DNA of 63,041 nucleotides, filler included, from Saprolegnia diclina VS20 (Eukaryota): NCBI RefSeq assembly GCF_000281045.1. It is 4 parts of 2 records of this genome, joined end to end, with 100 filler letters (N's around TTAATTAATTAA, not from the genome) between each part and the next. Parts side by side here need not be neighbours in the genome. Positions count along the whole stretch, not along the records: positions 29,622 to 55,438 come from NW_008246108.1; 3 more parts are not named here. One strand, 5' to 3'. Shown piece by piece: positions 34,470 to 45,990 of this stretch (position 1 is its first letter; each line of letters starts with the position of its first letter). The notes under the pieces were generated by a model. It saw only the letters and a program-made list of their open reading frames with translations, ran no database searches and was not told where the DNA came from. The position numbers and the translations under genes were made by a program.

Positions 34470-34783
34470 ATTCTCCCAACTAACAACAGAATATGCTGAT
34501 CTCATAGAAGCAGCGCTAGCGATTAGGTTTAAACGGTAGCAGGGATTGAAACATTGAAACAGGGACCCACTGGATATTGAAACAGTGTTTAAACCACTGG
34601 CTACGAAGACTACTTGTACATAAAGGAAGGCGCTTTTTTCTTCTTGATGGACAAAGACCGAGGGGTTGGTGACGTGGGCGCTTGCTGGTCGGACGCGAGT
34701 TCCACGAGCAGGTTGATCAAGTCCATCTCGCGGCTCGAGTATTCTAGGAGGGCCACCTCTTGTTCCTATCCAAATGTATCCAA

Positions 34784-37605
34784 CTATGCAGCTATCCAAT
34801 ATCCAGGATCTACATGGAGGCGCTGAATGAGTTTGTTGAGCGAAGGGACAAGCTGCGGCAATGCGCGCTTGATCGTCGCCAGCAGCTTGCGCAAGGTCTC
34901 GTCGAGAACGATGGGGCTTCCGTCCGAGACGTGTCGGGTCGACTCGGTCGAGAGGAGGCTGGCGCCGTGTTTCTGAACAAACGAGTCGAGCATGTCGGCT
35001 TTGCGCTGCTCCTACGCTTGGTTTAGTACGATGGAGATATTGCCGTACGAAGAAAAGACATTTTTGATGCTCGCAAGGTACATTTTGACCGCCACGAGCT
35101 CCTCGGCAGTCTTTTCGTTCTCCTGGAGCAGCATCGACTGCTGCTGCTGGAGTTCTGAGCTCTTGAGCTGCTGCTTATCGACTTGGGCGCTGAGGCGCGC
35201 TTCGCCCAAGCGAGCTTCGAGCAACATGTCTTCCTTTGTGTGCACCAGTCTACAGAAGGATGACAATATTGAAATCGAAATATCGCACTTGGAGAGCTTG
35301 TCGATCTTCTTGGACGAGTCGTCAATGAGGCGTTTGGACGACAGAAAATGCCTAGTCCAAAGTCCAGTCGAATTCAACCGACTAGATGGCGCACCGCTCC
35401 TTCTTGCGCAAATTGAGCACTTCTTCGTGCAGCGCCACGTTCTCCTTGACGACTTCCCGGTACCGGTTGCGCAAGTCGACGCTCGCGTTGTGCGCGAGCT
35501 AGGTGCCAGTTAGTTAGTCGACGCAAGGCGATGCGCACCTTGAGCTCGAGCTCGAGGTTGCGGGCGCGGAGCTCTTCGACTTCTTTGAGCAGCGCCGTCA
35601 TCTCGGCGTCGTACTAAAGAATCGACTATATCCGACTCTGCGACTACAACAAAGTACCTTGTCAAACAGCGATTGCAAGCCCGACGACTGCTCGAGCATG
35701 CGGACTTTGCTCCGAAGTTCGACGTTGGCAAGCTTGAGGTCTTGTGTCTACGATCCAAAAGTATCAACTTGATACAAACCACATCAAAACGTACTTGGAC
35801 GTCAAAGGTGGTTTGCATTTCCGAGAGCTGAAAATGCGCGTCGTCAACGTTGAGCTGGAGCTGCTCGTTGTGGTGGTACTGGTCCTTGACGAATCGGAGT
35901 AGCTGGTCGTAGTTGGACCGGAGCAAGAGGGCCTCGGTGCGCTGCACGGTCAGCGCGCTCTTCGCATCGAGTCCTAACGCCATCGCTTGAATAAGTCTTG
36001 TTTTATACGGGGTGGACCCTCGACATCCGGTGCGGGCGGCGCGACGGACGGCAAGTGCGCATCGCGCAGCAGCTCCTCAAACCGACCTAACACCACCGAC
36101 AAACTCACTCGTCTTGCACGAGAGTCGTGAGCAGTACTTGGCGCCGCCTCTCGAATGGGCGAGAGCGGTGTGACGGGGATCGGGGTCACCACCATCGGGT
36201 CTCGTAACGGGCTTTTGACGGTCGGCGGCTCGGCCACCGATGAACGACCGAGGCCCACCGGTGTCTACGCAAGCTTGATGAGCTCTTAGATAGCAGATAT
36301 TCGAGTCAAGTACAATCGCAGACGGCTTGCGCTCGGGCTCAGTCCGCGGCTCTAACTCGAGCTGCCCGAGGATCTGGCTCTTCCGGAGCGTAAACTTGTC
36401 GAGCCAGTCCATGGTTCCGTCAGCGCTGCTGTGGTCGCCAAAGAGCCGCTTGTTCAAGCTCGCTTTCGGTCTACAGGGCATGAGCATGTATCCATACATT
36501 CTATCCAAAGACTATCCAACGACTATCCAAACGTACGGTGTTGGGTCGGCATGCGGTGCGACAAATGGCTGGAACTCGACCAGTTCGGGCCCAATTTCGG
36601 TGAGCTTGACACAGGCGGACGTGATGAGGCGGACGCCCGACATGACCCAGAGCCAGTCGAGGCTCTCGCGCAGTCCGTGCCGCGGGATGAAGCCAACGAG
36701 AAACGTCTTGGAGTTGCCCGCCAAGAGCGGCGCCACAAACTGCGTCAGCGTGCAGCTCCGAGGCTGGACCGGCTGCGGTGGCGCGTCGACGCTGGTCTCA
36801 AAGTCCACCAGGTCGTCAAAGAGAGTGAGAAACTCAGCCTGCTCCTTGGACGCCAGCTGGCGCCCAAGGTCGACGTAGTGGAGGAGGCTAAGCTCTTGGC
36901 CGGCCTCGTTGTAGACAGCGAGACGAATAAAGACGTGCGTGTCGTCTTCGAGGTTCTGCTTGGCGTGCGGGCCAAACGAGCTGCGTAGTAACGCGAGGGC
37001 CTGCGCCACACTGCGCACCTGCATCGTTGTAAACTGGATCGGACCGTCTAATGGCGCGTCCGCGCCGACGAGGTCCTGCAAATGGTCGACGACCGACTCG
37101 GCGGCGATGCTCCAGCAGCTCAAGCCAATACGGTACACGGTAGCGTCCACCTAGATACATAGAGACATCAGTAGAAGCGTTGGGTCCAATGTACCTCGGC
37201 AAAGAGCTGGAAGAGGATGCCACCGATCTGGCCGTACGCGGCGAGCGCGGTCTCGACCGATTGGATGGCCTCGGGCGAAATGTCGCAGGCGCCGAGCGTG
37301 AGCGCGCGCTTGGCCTCGGCGCGGCCGTAGCAGAGCACGCTCGTATTGTAGCCGTCGCGCACGACCTGCTCGACGGGCGATGAGACGGCGGCGAAGAGGT
37401 GCACTGGGCGAAACCCGACGGGAAAGACGCCCGAGAAGGCGAGCTCGCGCGGGATGGTCGAGGCCTCGTCGCCGAGGAGCGACGCGTCGAGGATGCGGAG
37501 GAGCGTCGGCGGCGCGGCCTCGAGCGCTGGCGGGCGACTCACGCCAGCGTCCGCGCAGACGCAGCAGTAGCTGCCCATCTTGCTCATGCCCACGGGCTCG
37601 GCCAT
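34784..37605 (-). CDS. Kinesin-like protein with degenerate motor domain and C-terminal coiled coil, multi-exon
   Basis: Kinesin motifs in the expected order: ELAFSGVF, VRDGYNTSVLCYG, GILFQLF, IGLSCWSIAAESVVDHL, THVFIRL, LLHYVDLG, SCTLTQFVAPLLAGNSKTFL. Downstream exons are heptad-rich. The 3' end is approximate. Confidence 0.72.
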
Positions 37606-38469
37606 GCGGCAACGGTTCCCCAAATCCAGAGTCCGGATAGTCGAACATTTCGCGGTCGTATCCGGAAAAAGCGAAGTTGAAGTTGAACTTCGTTGCGCTT
37701 TGCCGCACTGGCGCCACCTGAGTTGCGAGCTGCGGCGCGCGGCCGACGACGATGAGCTTCTGAAATCAAGCGAAGCATGGGCGGGATCGACGTCTGTACC
37801 ACTCTTGTTGCGGCGCATCGATGGTGATGGCGTATATTCGAGACGCGAGGCAGAAGAATGAAGCGGAGCGCACTTTGACGCTGCAGTGCTGGGATGATGT
37901 ACACCAACCAAGAGCTCACGTTGCTAGGCGCTGTGCGAGTAAGCGTTTGCATTGGGAGGAAGACTCTGTGGATAGGTATATGGGCCGTGAGGAGACACGA
38001 TGGCTTCTCGTGCTACTGTGGCATGCGTCAGCTTGGACCATACGGTGCTTATCCTAATCTCGTCGTGGCGCACGCAGGCCACATGCCGTGCCAAGCGGTC
38101 GTGGCGTCTAATGGGAGACTACACAGTACGCGCCGAGGACCAAGGTCAGTTTCTTTTTGTTTATTTGCTGTGACAAGCAATGCGTTGAGGCGGAGGCTGG
38201 CCGCGGGCGATGACCGTCCGACGCGACTCGAGTGAGTAGTTCGATGGGAGTGATCTGGTCGTCGTTGATAATCAAGCGTCATGCACTACGTTGAAGCCTC
38301 CCTCACGCGAAATGACTACGGCCCACGCCATACATGTGCGCTAAGATCTGAGAAAATATATATCGCCGTGATCATCTGCAGATCCAGCCTCTCCGTTGCT
38401 TCTCGCTCCTCCCTCTTCGGACCGAGCCAAGAGAACTTGGCGCTCACACTTCATTTGACCAGACACAGT

Positions 38470-38793
38470 ATGCCCGGAGCCAGCGCACCCTGTCAACTGT
38501 CCAAGAAGGCGATCAAGCGCAAGCTGCAACGACGCAACCGGGAGCGCTACCTCGAGCTGCGCGCGATGCTCACGCAGCGGATCCTCGAGCTCGAGGGCGT
38601 CATTGAGCTGCGCCGCGCAGTCCCTGCCCTTTCATGGCAGGACGTGGCCGACGAGCTGCGCTGGGAGTGTGCACGCAGCTGCCTCGAAAACTTGCAGCTG
38701 CGGCACCGCGTCAACCAGTGCGACGGTCTTGTCGTGGCTTTGACCCACGTCACAGTTGTCCAAGGCATGACCGCTCTACCGCACTGTCCGTAG
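38470..38793 (+). CDS. Short basic coiled-coil (bZIP-like) ORF of the oomycete LxWxDVA type, probably truncated
   Basis: KKAIKRKLQRRNRERY, leucine heptads, ALSWQDVADEL...ENLQLRHRV. Confidence 0.45.
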   Translation: MPGASAPCQLSKKAIKRKLQRRNRERYLELRAMLTQRILELEGVIELRRAVPALSWQDVADELRWECARSCLENLQLRHRVNQCDGLVVALTHVTVVQGMTALPHCP

Positions 38794-40175
38794 CGTACTC
38801 GGAGCTCCATGTTGCGTGGCGTGCTCGAGAGCTCTGAGGCTAATTCGTAGCGTTAATTTGTAGCGTTTTTCCGTACTTCTTGGCTCGTGGGCGGCGCTTG
38901 AGTGATGACCGAAGGAACACCTTTGTCTTGAACGCACGACTAGCACAGTTGTTTGCATACTAGTGTATGACGCGCACGGTGCGGTCTCTACGACGCCATT
39001 CTTATTGTCGGGGCCTTGTGAAATAGTTCAACGCTGCCAATGGGCCAAACACACATGATACCCAACACAACTGTTTCACGGCGTCCCATAGAACCGACGC
39101 TGTTCACGTTGCGGTCGGCCGCTTCTTATTCGTTGCGATCGAAGAGCACACGAGAAAAGCACTTGTGGTCGGGAAACCAAAAGAGGAAGTGAGCTGACGA
39201 AGCTCGGTGTATATTAGAAAAACGGAGGCAGCCGAGACTGGTGGCTGAACGTGGCTGAGCGATCTAGGCGCACAAGTCTGGGTCCGCAAGCGGTGGGCTT
39301 GCAGTAGCCTCGACGTTGTGCGACCAAGCCCTGAAATGATGGGCAACCGTGTGAGCAGGGCTGGCTAACCGATTGAAGAAATCGGTTAGATTATCCGGCT
39401 AGATAGCCGGTTCCACTAACCGGTTAGCTGTGGGTTTGCGAGTCGGCTCTCGCTGGACTAGTGGGTGTGGGGAAAACGTCATCACCCAGGGCTATTCCCT
39501 TGAGGCATCGCATGCAAAACCCACACGCCGAGTGACAAACGGTGGGCAGTGATGAGCCATGATAGGCCAACCTACCAAGAAGCTCCCTTCTTGACTTTAT
39601 TGATACTTCTTCACATGGCACGAGTACGCCCGCTTTCAAAAGTCTTCTTCAGCTCCTCGCCCAACACAAGTGGCCGCGTGGGCATTTTGTTCTGCCGCTT
39701 ACAGTCCTCTCCCCGTGTCTACGTCACGGTCCTCATCCGAGTCTACACAGCGAAAAGAAGGCCGACATATTTAGTTAGCGCATTAGATTTATCTATTTCG
39801 AATGGACGACCCACTTCAACGCCAACGTGGGTTAGGTTTCACGCTGCACTATCCGGATACCATGCTGCCGAATTCTCAATGCACTTTTTGTTTGCGGTGG
39901 CACGTAGCTACTTCAGTTCCGCAGTGTCCAGCGACCATTCAATTCTGCGACGCACTAGCCCCAGGATACATCCAGTCAACTATTCTGGCTTGACAACCAC
40001 TCGCAAGCTCTGCCCGCGACGCATTTGGCATCGGCCAAGTCGATCACTGCGCACCATACCTGAAGTTTTGGAGCTACACGCTATAAGAACTGAGTGCGGC
40101 AGCGGCACATGGTGGCATCGTGGTTCGTTCACTCTCACTTTGGTTTTTGCCACCTCCTCCTCGGTCAACATCTCC

Positions 40176-40994
40176 ATGAAGCTTTTGCTTGGCTGTCTCT
40201 TGGCCGCGGCGACTGCCGCTACCGCCGACCCGTTCGGACTGGTACTTTGCACGACCAACCGCTTGGTTATCTCCGAGGCTAAAGGTGCACTCTACACGGA
40301 CGTGATCCGCGCCGGCTACAACCAGCGTCTCATTTACGACCCGACGTCCAAGTTGCTCACAGTCGTGTCGAGCGGCCAGTGTGTCAAGGTCGCGTCGGGC
40401 TCAGCTCCGCAAGCGCTCACAGAAAAATGCAACCCGGCCGACGAGTACCAGAAGTGGGAGCTGCGAGACAACCACGTGTATTCACCGGCGAAGGCCAAGT
40501 GTCTCGAGACCCTGCAGACGATGCCTTATGCGCCTGTCAATCTCGCCGACTGCGACGTTCCGGGGTCGCTCGCCAAGGGCCAATTCCTCGCCGACTGCAA
40601 CTCGATCGCGCCTGTCTACAATACGCTTACATCGCGTACCGGTACCAAGCGCCTGGCGGGGAGCAACTCGAGCCTCGTTGTCAACACGGTTATCAACAAC
40701 TGGAACGAGCTCTTTGTCTGGGACCAAGCCAACAAAATGTTCAAGAGTACCAACGGCCAGTGCTTGGAAGTGCACGAGATGTATCCCCGTGTTGTGCTCG
40801 GGACGTTCGCCTGCGACGTCCGGAACGCATATCAAAAGTGGACCTACAACCCCTTGACCTACAAGCTCGAGCACGACAAGTACCAGAACACGTGCTTGGA
40901 CCTCGACAACGACCGCGTGCAGATGGCTCCGTGCTCGTCCTCCTCGCCCTTCAACGAGCGCCAACAATGGATGCTGTACACCTACCACCCGTAG
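40176..40994 (+). CDS. Secreted double ricin-B (beta-trefoil) lectin
   Basis: Signal peptide MKLLLGCLLAAATAATA, repeated CL[DE]...C...QKW/QQW motifs, NELFVWDQANKM. Confidence 0.88.
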   Translation: MKLLLGCLLAAATAATADPFGLVLCTTNRLVISEAKGALYTDVIRAGYNQRLIYDPTSKLLTVVSSGQCVKVASGSAPQALTEKCNPADEYQKWELRDNHVYSPAKAKCLETLQTMPYAPVNLADCDVPGSLAKGQFLADCNSIAPVYNTLTSRTGTKRLAGSNSSLVVNTVINNWNELFVWDQANKMFKSTNGQCLEVHEMYPRVVLGTFACDVRNAYQKWTYNPLTYKLEHDKYQNTCLDLDNDRVQMAPCSSSSPFNERQQWMLYTYHP

Positions 40995-41159
40995 CTTTTG
41001 ATACCACCCATTTGGATCCAGCGACACTAATCGGCGATAGTCGTGTGAATATAGAATATAATGACATATATATATAAATGAACGTGTTCCGCATTAACGT
41101 TATCTTCGTTGTTACGCAAAGACTTCGCATACGTAGCGCTACGTCTGAATATGTGGGAG

Positions 41160-41500
41160 TCGGCACCAGCACTTGATCGTTGGGAGTGAGTGCTATTGCT
41201 TTGAATTCTAGACATTGATTGGGCCATGCAGTGCCCCCCGTAGCAGCGAATAGGGTTGTGAACACTTCAAATTTGTACCAATGCAAAAACCAAGTAGAAA
41301 GTGCCATTTTGCGTCCGAGCGAATTCAAAAATCGATTTTGCCTGCATTTTGGTACGCAAGAAATGGTGCAGCTCCTTCTTTGAGCAGCATCTCGCGGCCT
41401 TGAAGCAGCGGGTGCATGTACAGATCGCGTCTGTGAGCTGTGTGCTGCAGTTGCCAGGTACTTGCGCAGCGGCGGGTTCAAGAAGGACCGCGATCGCACA
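41160..41500 (-). pseudogene. Degenerate remnant of the N-terminal Cys-rich domain of the long lectin type
   Basis: AAAQVPGNCSTQLTDAICTCTRCF matches AAAQVPGTCNQELTDATYACTKVF of 56472-57590. QCLEFKAIALTP in another frame resembles ECNDLQRLALTP. No lectin part follows. Confidence 0.6.
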
Positions 41501-42069
41501 AGTGCAAAGTGCTTGGACCAATCCGATGGCGACGACAAAACAGCTGTTTGAAAAACGTTACTAGATACGAATCGTAGATATTCGACGACAAAATCCTAGA
41601 TGTTTGTGCTTGGTGGCTCTGGTATGTGGCTGGCGAGGTCTCTCAGCATGCAGTGTCGTCTGGAAGAAGGGTCTTAGCGAGGCGACATTCCCCCAACGTT
41701 GCCACATGGAGAATGTCTCTCACAAGATTCAATCTGCCAATTGCATTGGCACTTAACGCAAGCAAGTCGCGTAGTCCCGCCAGTGATACTTCTATCGCGT
41801 AGGAGGTCTAGTGTATGTAACTCGACAACCCTTGCAAAGGCCCGACACAATTTCCACGAGTGCCCATCACAACAGTGTCCAGCAAAAGACTTAGCTACTG
41901 TATGAGTGTATGCATCCCACCTATACAACCACTAGCAAGGATGTAGCGTTTTGGCGCCAAGCAGAAGGTCGCCACGTGCGACCCAATGCAAGACTTTTGT
42001 TGCGTGCGTGCGGGACGAAGGGCCGTGGAGAACGACAACAACTTGCATTTTTTCTTTTGCAGCCGGACG

Positions 42070-42876
42070 ATGAAGTGTGTCCTCTTTGCTCTCGTGGCCG
42101 CCGTCGCCGCCGCCCCCATCAAGCTCTGCACCATCAACCGCAACGTCCTCTCCGAAGACAACAAGGTGCTCTACACCGGCAAGCGGTGCGTCAGCGACAA
42201 CCCGATGTTCGACTATGATCCGGCCACCAAGCTGCTCAAGTCCAAGGACACCAACCGGTGCCTCAAGATCAAGAAGCAGGAAATGGAGCTTGTGACCGCG
42301 CCGTGCGAAGCCACGGACAGTTACCAGCGCTGGGAGCTCGGGAGCAACCGCGTCAAGTCGGCAGCTGTGGATCGCTGCCTCAAGGCCTCGACGGAGCCCG
42401 ATACGGCCGTCACCCTCGCCAAGTGCGACTTGTCGACTTCGCTAAAGTCGAACCAGTTCCTCGCCGACTGCGACTCGGTCGAGTCAACGTACTTGACGAT
42501 CACGCCGACGGTCGGCAAACTGCTCTTGAGCGAGTTCGACGGTAGCCTGTACGCCGACAAGGAGGTCAAGAACCTCAACGAGCTCTTCGTCTGGGATCAC
42601 CCGAACGGTATGCTCAAGAGCGCGAGCAAAAACCAGTGCTTGGACGCGTACAGCGTCGACAAAGGCAAGTTCAAGCTCCACACATACGCGTGCGACGTCA
42701 ACAACAGCAACCAAAAGTGGAACTACGACCAGACCACCAAGACGCTCAAGCACGCGACCCACGCCGGCCAGTGCCTGGATGTCGACCCGTCGTACAAGGA
42801 CCACCACGTGCAGATGTGGGAATGCACGCCCAACAACCTGCACCAGCAGTTTACAATTGCGCCGTACAAGCCGTAA
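42070..42876 (+). CDS. Secreted double ricin-B lectin
   Basis: Signal peptide MKCVLFALVAAVAAA, QRW, QCLDAY...HTYACDVNNSNQKW...GQCLDVDP...QMWECTPNNLHQQF. Confidence 0.92.
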   Translation: MKCVLFALVAAVAAAPIKLCTINRNVLSEDNKVLYTGKRCVSDNPMFDYDPATKLLKSKDTNRCLKIKKQEMELVTAPCEATDSYQRWELGSNRVKSAAVDRCLKASTEPDTAVTLAKCDLSTSLKSNQFLADCDSVESTYLTITPTVGKLLLSEFDGSLYADKEVKNLNELFVWDHPNGMLKSASKNQCLDAYSVDKGKFKLHTYACDVNNSNQKWNYDQTTKTLKHATHAGQCLDVDPSYKDHHVQMWECTPNNLHQQFTIAPYKP

Positions 42877-43689
42877 CTTTTGCGGGCGCGTCGACCACCA
42901 CGACATTACGTGACTGATTCTTCTTTCTGCTTGCTAGCATTTAGAGTAAATAAATCAATGAAGTCTGCCTCTTTGCAGTATAGTGTGCTTCCTAGTGCGT
43001 CTAGTTGAGGTCGACACATTTATGGAGGTTGACAGACACCGAGGGGTTACTACAACGCAAGAGCAACGGAGACGAACGAGGCTCGTGTTTTGAGACCGGC
43101 GCCTCTCAAAAAGGAGCACAAAATAAAGCAACGAAACTTGGAGCTTGCAACTCGTAAAAGAGCATGGTTGGCGTTTGTGACCTTGCCACCATGGACGTGG
43201 CGGTTGCGTAAAAATGAAATTGCTTTCGAGCCGCAGCTCAAAATGCGTACTACTCACTTGGACTTGGTCTAAAAACACAGCTTTGCACGCTCCGCGGGAT
43301 GCTACCTTCTTGCCAGCGCCGCCGATATCAGCACCGTCATCTCGACCGTGGTCGCGCATAGGGTTGCGGGATGACGGCTACCGCGTGCATGTCATTGTGT
43401 CACTGGAGTTGCAGTCGCTCCATGGTCCCTCTGCAAAGTCAGAGACCGGAACAAGACGCTGGTATTGGAGACGCTGGGCTTGCATGGCACTGACGTCGTT
43501 GGTCACCTTAGAGGCCTTGATTACTCGACGGCAGGGATGTGTGACGGATCTACACAGCTCTCTAACACACCGCCTAGTCCCGACCTAGTGGTTTGAGAGC
43601 TGTGTAGATATGAATATCCAGTGCTCAACTGCTGTATGAGGCATCACCTGCAACAGGCTGCTTGCGACAGGTCGTCGGTCAGCAGGCTC

Positions 43690-44189
43690 ACATATGGACA
43701 TGGCGGTCACAGTACGTCGGGTCGACATCCAGACACTGACCAGCATGGGTCGCGTGCTTGAGCGTCTTGGTGGTTTGGTCGTAGTTTCACTTTTCGTTGC
43801 CGTTGGTGACACCACACGTCCACGTGTGAACCTTGACTTGCCTTTGCCGACGATGTACCGCGTCCACGCACTCGTTTCTGCTCGCGCTCTTGAGCCTACC
43901 GTTTGGGGGATCCCAGACGAAGAGCTCGTTGACGTTGTTGGCTGGCGCGTTGGCGAGCAGGCCAGTGTTGAACTCGCCGAGGCGACGGCTCCTAACCGAC
44001 GTAATCGTCACGTACTCTGACGCAACTGAGTTGTAGCCGGCGAGGAATTTGCCCGACGTGAGCGACGACGACCAGTCGCACTTAGCTAGGCCAACGTGCC
44101 GCTCCGGGCGTCGTCAGCTTGGTCGGGAGGCACTCCTTGAAGACCTTGGAGAAAACGCGGTTCTGCATGAACTCCCAGTGCTGGTAAAT
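43690..44189 (-). pseudogene. 5'-truncated, frameshifted ricin-B lectin pseudogene
   Basis: Reverse strand reads YQHWEFMQNRVFS..., then after a frameshift VGLAKCDW...EYVTITSVRSRRLGEFNTGLLANAPANNVNELFVWD...HTWTCGVTNGNEK*, with an in-frame stop and further shifts. Confidence 0.8.
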
Positions 44190-44306
44190 GCCGGGGCTAA
44201 AAGTCATGGATCAAGATTACAGACCCAACAACAACAATCACACCCAAACAAAAGTCACAATATGCGTCAACAATTATCGATGCTGGACGTCAGCAAACGG
44301 GCGACC

Positions 44307-45143
44307 TTAAACATACCCCTTGAAGGGACGTGGTTCCCAATACTGACTGAGGTACCAGCGCTTGACGCACGTTGTCATATGCAGAGAATCATCTGCGTAG
44401 ATGATCAAGCACTGGTCAGTGTACGTGGCGTGGACGAGCTGGGAGAGCTTGGTGTCGTAGTTCCACTTTTGGTTGGAGCTTTGGACGTCGCACGGAAACA
44501 TACCGGGCTGGACTGTGCCATCGGCGTCCTTGGATGCACCCAAGCACTGACCATCTTGGGCGTTCTTGAACATCTTGTTGGTCTTGTCCCAGACAAAAAG
44601 CTCGTTGAAAAAGGTCGTAATTCGTCTGCTGTAGTCGAAAACCGACAGGGTCGACAAAGCCTTGGGCCAACGCTCGGGGTCCGGCTTCACTGATGCAAGA
44701 CGCCGGTTGTTCACCGTCAAGATGGTCACGTACTCTGATGCAACCGAGGTGCAGTCGGTGAGAAACTCGCCCGAGGCCAGCGACGTCGTCCAGTCGCAGC
44801 GAGCAATGCCTACACGCGCACCGGGCGTCGCCGGATCGGCCTGGAGGCACTGGACCCCCCACGGCGAATAGACGCGGTTGTTTCGCAGCTCCCACTGCTG
44901 GAGAACGTCGGTCGGGTCGCACTTGACCATGACAGGCATATACGCCTTGACGCACTGGCCGGTCGACTTGACCTTGAGCAGCTTGGTCGTCGGGTCGTAG
45001 TCGAAGCGTTCGCTGTCGTTGTTGCGCATCACGTCCGTGTAAAGCGCACCCTTGGACTCGGAGACGACCAAACGATTGACCGTGCAGAGCTGGAGTGGGG
45101 CGGCAGTCGCGACGCCCAGGAGCAAGGACAGCACTAGCTTCAT
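44307..45143 (-). CDS. Secreted double ricin-B lectin (variant with loop insertion)
   Basis: Signal peptide MKLVLSLLLGVATA, QQW, NELFVWDK, NQKW, SQYW. Confidence 0.9.
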   Translation of the reverse strand: MKLVLSLLLGVATAAPLQLCTVNRLVVSESKGALYTDVMRNNDSERFDYDPTTKLLKVKSTGQCVKAYMPVMVKCDPTDVLQQWELRNNRVYSPWGVQCLQADPATPGARVGIARCDWTTSLASGEFLTDCTSVASEYVTILTVNNRRLASVKPDPERWPKALSTLSVFDYSRRITTFFNELFVWDKTNKMFKNAQDGQCLGASKDADGTVQPGMFPCDVQSSNQKWNYDTKLSQLVHATYTDQCLIIYADDSLHMTTCVKRWYLSQYWEPRPFKGYV

Positions 45144-45990
45144 GGTGCGGATGAGGTGAAGAGCGCAAAAACTAGAGTGATGACGTTTGGCAAAGGTGCC
45201 GGCACCGCTGCCTTGGTGGAATCTAAACGATTAGGACATAGTTTTATCGCGGCCGCTGGCCTTGTTGTGGGAAGTGTGTTCAGCAGGTGCGATACTGTGG
45301 CGCGACAAATACGACGCACCCAATGCTATATATTTAGACACCAAATGCGAGAAAGGGTTTAGCCAGCTTTCCATCCCACCCCAACTGTAGCAGCCCCACG
45401 CAAATTCCGTCCGTCTAGACGCAATTTGCACATTATATGAAGGTCAACTCAATGGAGGGACGTTCTTCACGTCGACGAAGCCGGAGTACGATCCGTATGA
45501 CATGATGCCAGTACAACCACCCTTGTTGTACTCGAAGCAAGCTGGAGAAGATGAGGAAGATCGGGCTGCGTTGCAAGTGCATCTTCTCTCCTTCACTCAC
45601 TAATAGTCAACGGCAAACGTCTATAAAAATAAGAAATGAGAGGTTGTGATATTCTGGCTTGTCGCATCAACTGTCGGGATCACGCTTTTTGCGCGGGTGC
45701 GGAACTCCACAGTGTCCAGCGACCAAGCTCCGAACGCAATAAGACCCTTCAAGTACGCTGGAGCTTGGTCGCTGGATCTAATCATGCGCAAACGGTCGCC
45801 ACTCATTCTAGCTTGGTGCCCGCATCAAACTCGGTCAAACGAGGTATCTGCGGCGTTGTCAGTGGGGTTGAATCGACCAAGTCTATTATCTGCGCAACCT
45901 CTGTAGCTATAAGAAGTGACAGCGGCGCCACGCTGACGAGCGTCCAGCCAATCATATTTCATGACGCGTGTGCTCATAGTAAGGTACCGT

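Noticed and set aside
39549..40175. Long N-terminal extension of the 481-aa lectin ORF (similar extensions on the 53627, 56472, 30216 and 10659 ORFs)
   Set aside because: Non-coding-like composition; internal ATGs directly follow Inr/FPR-like elements, and most begin signal peptides.
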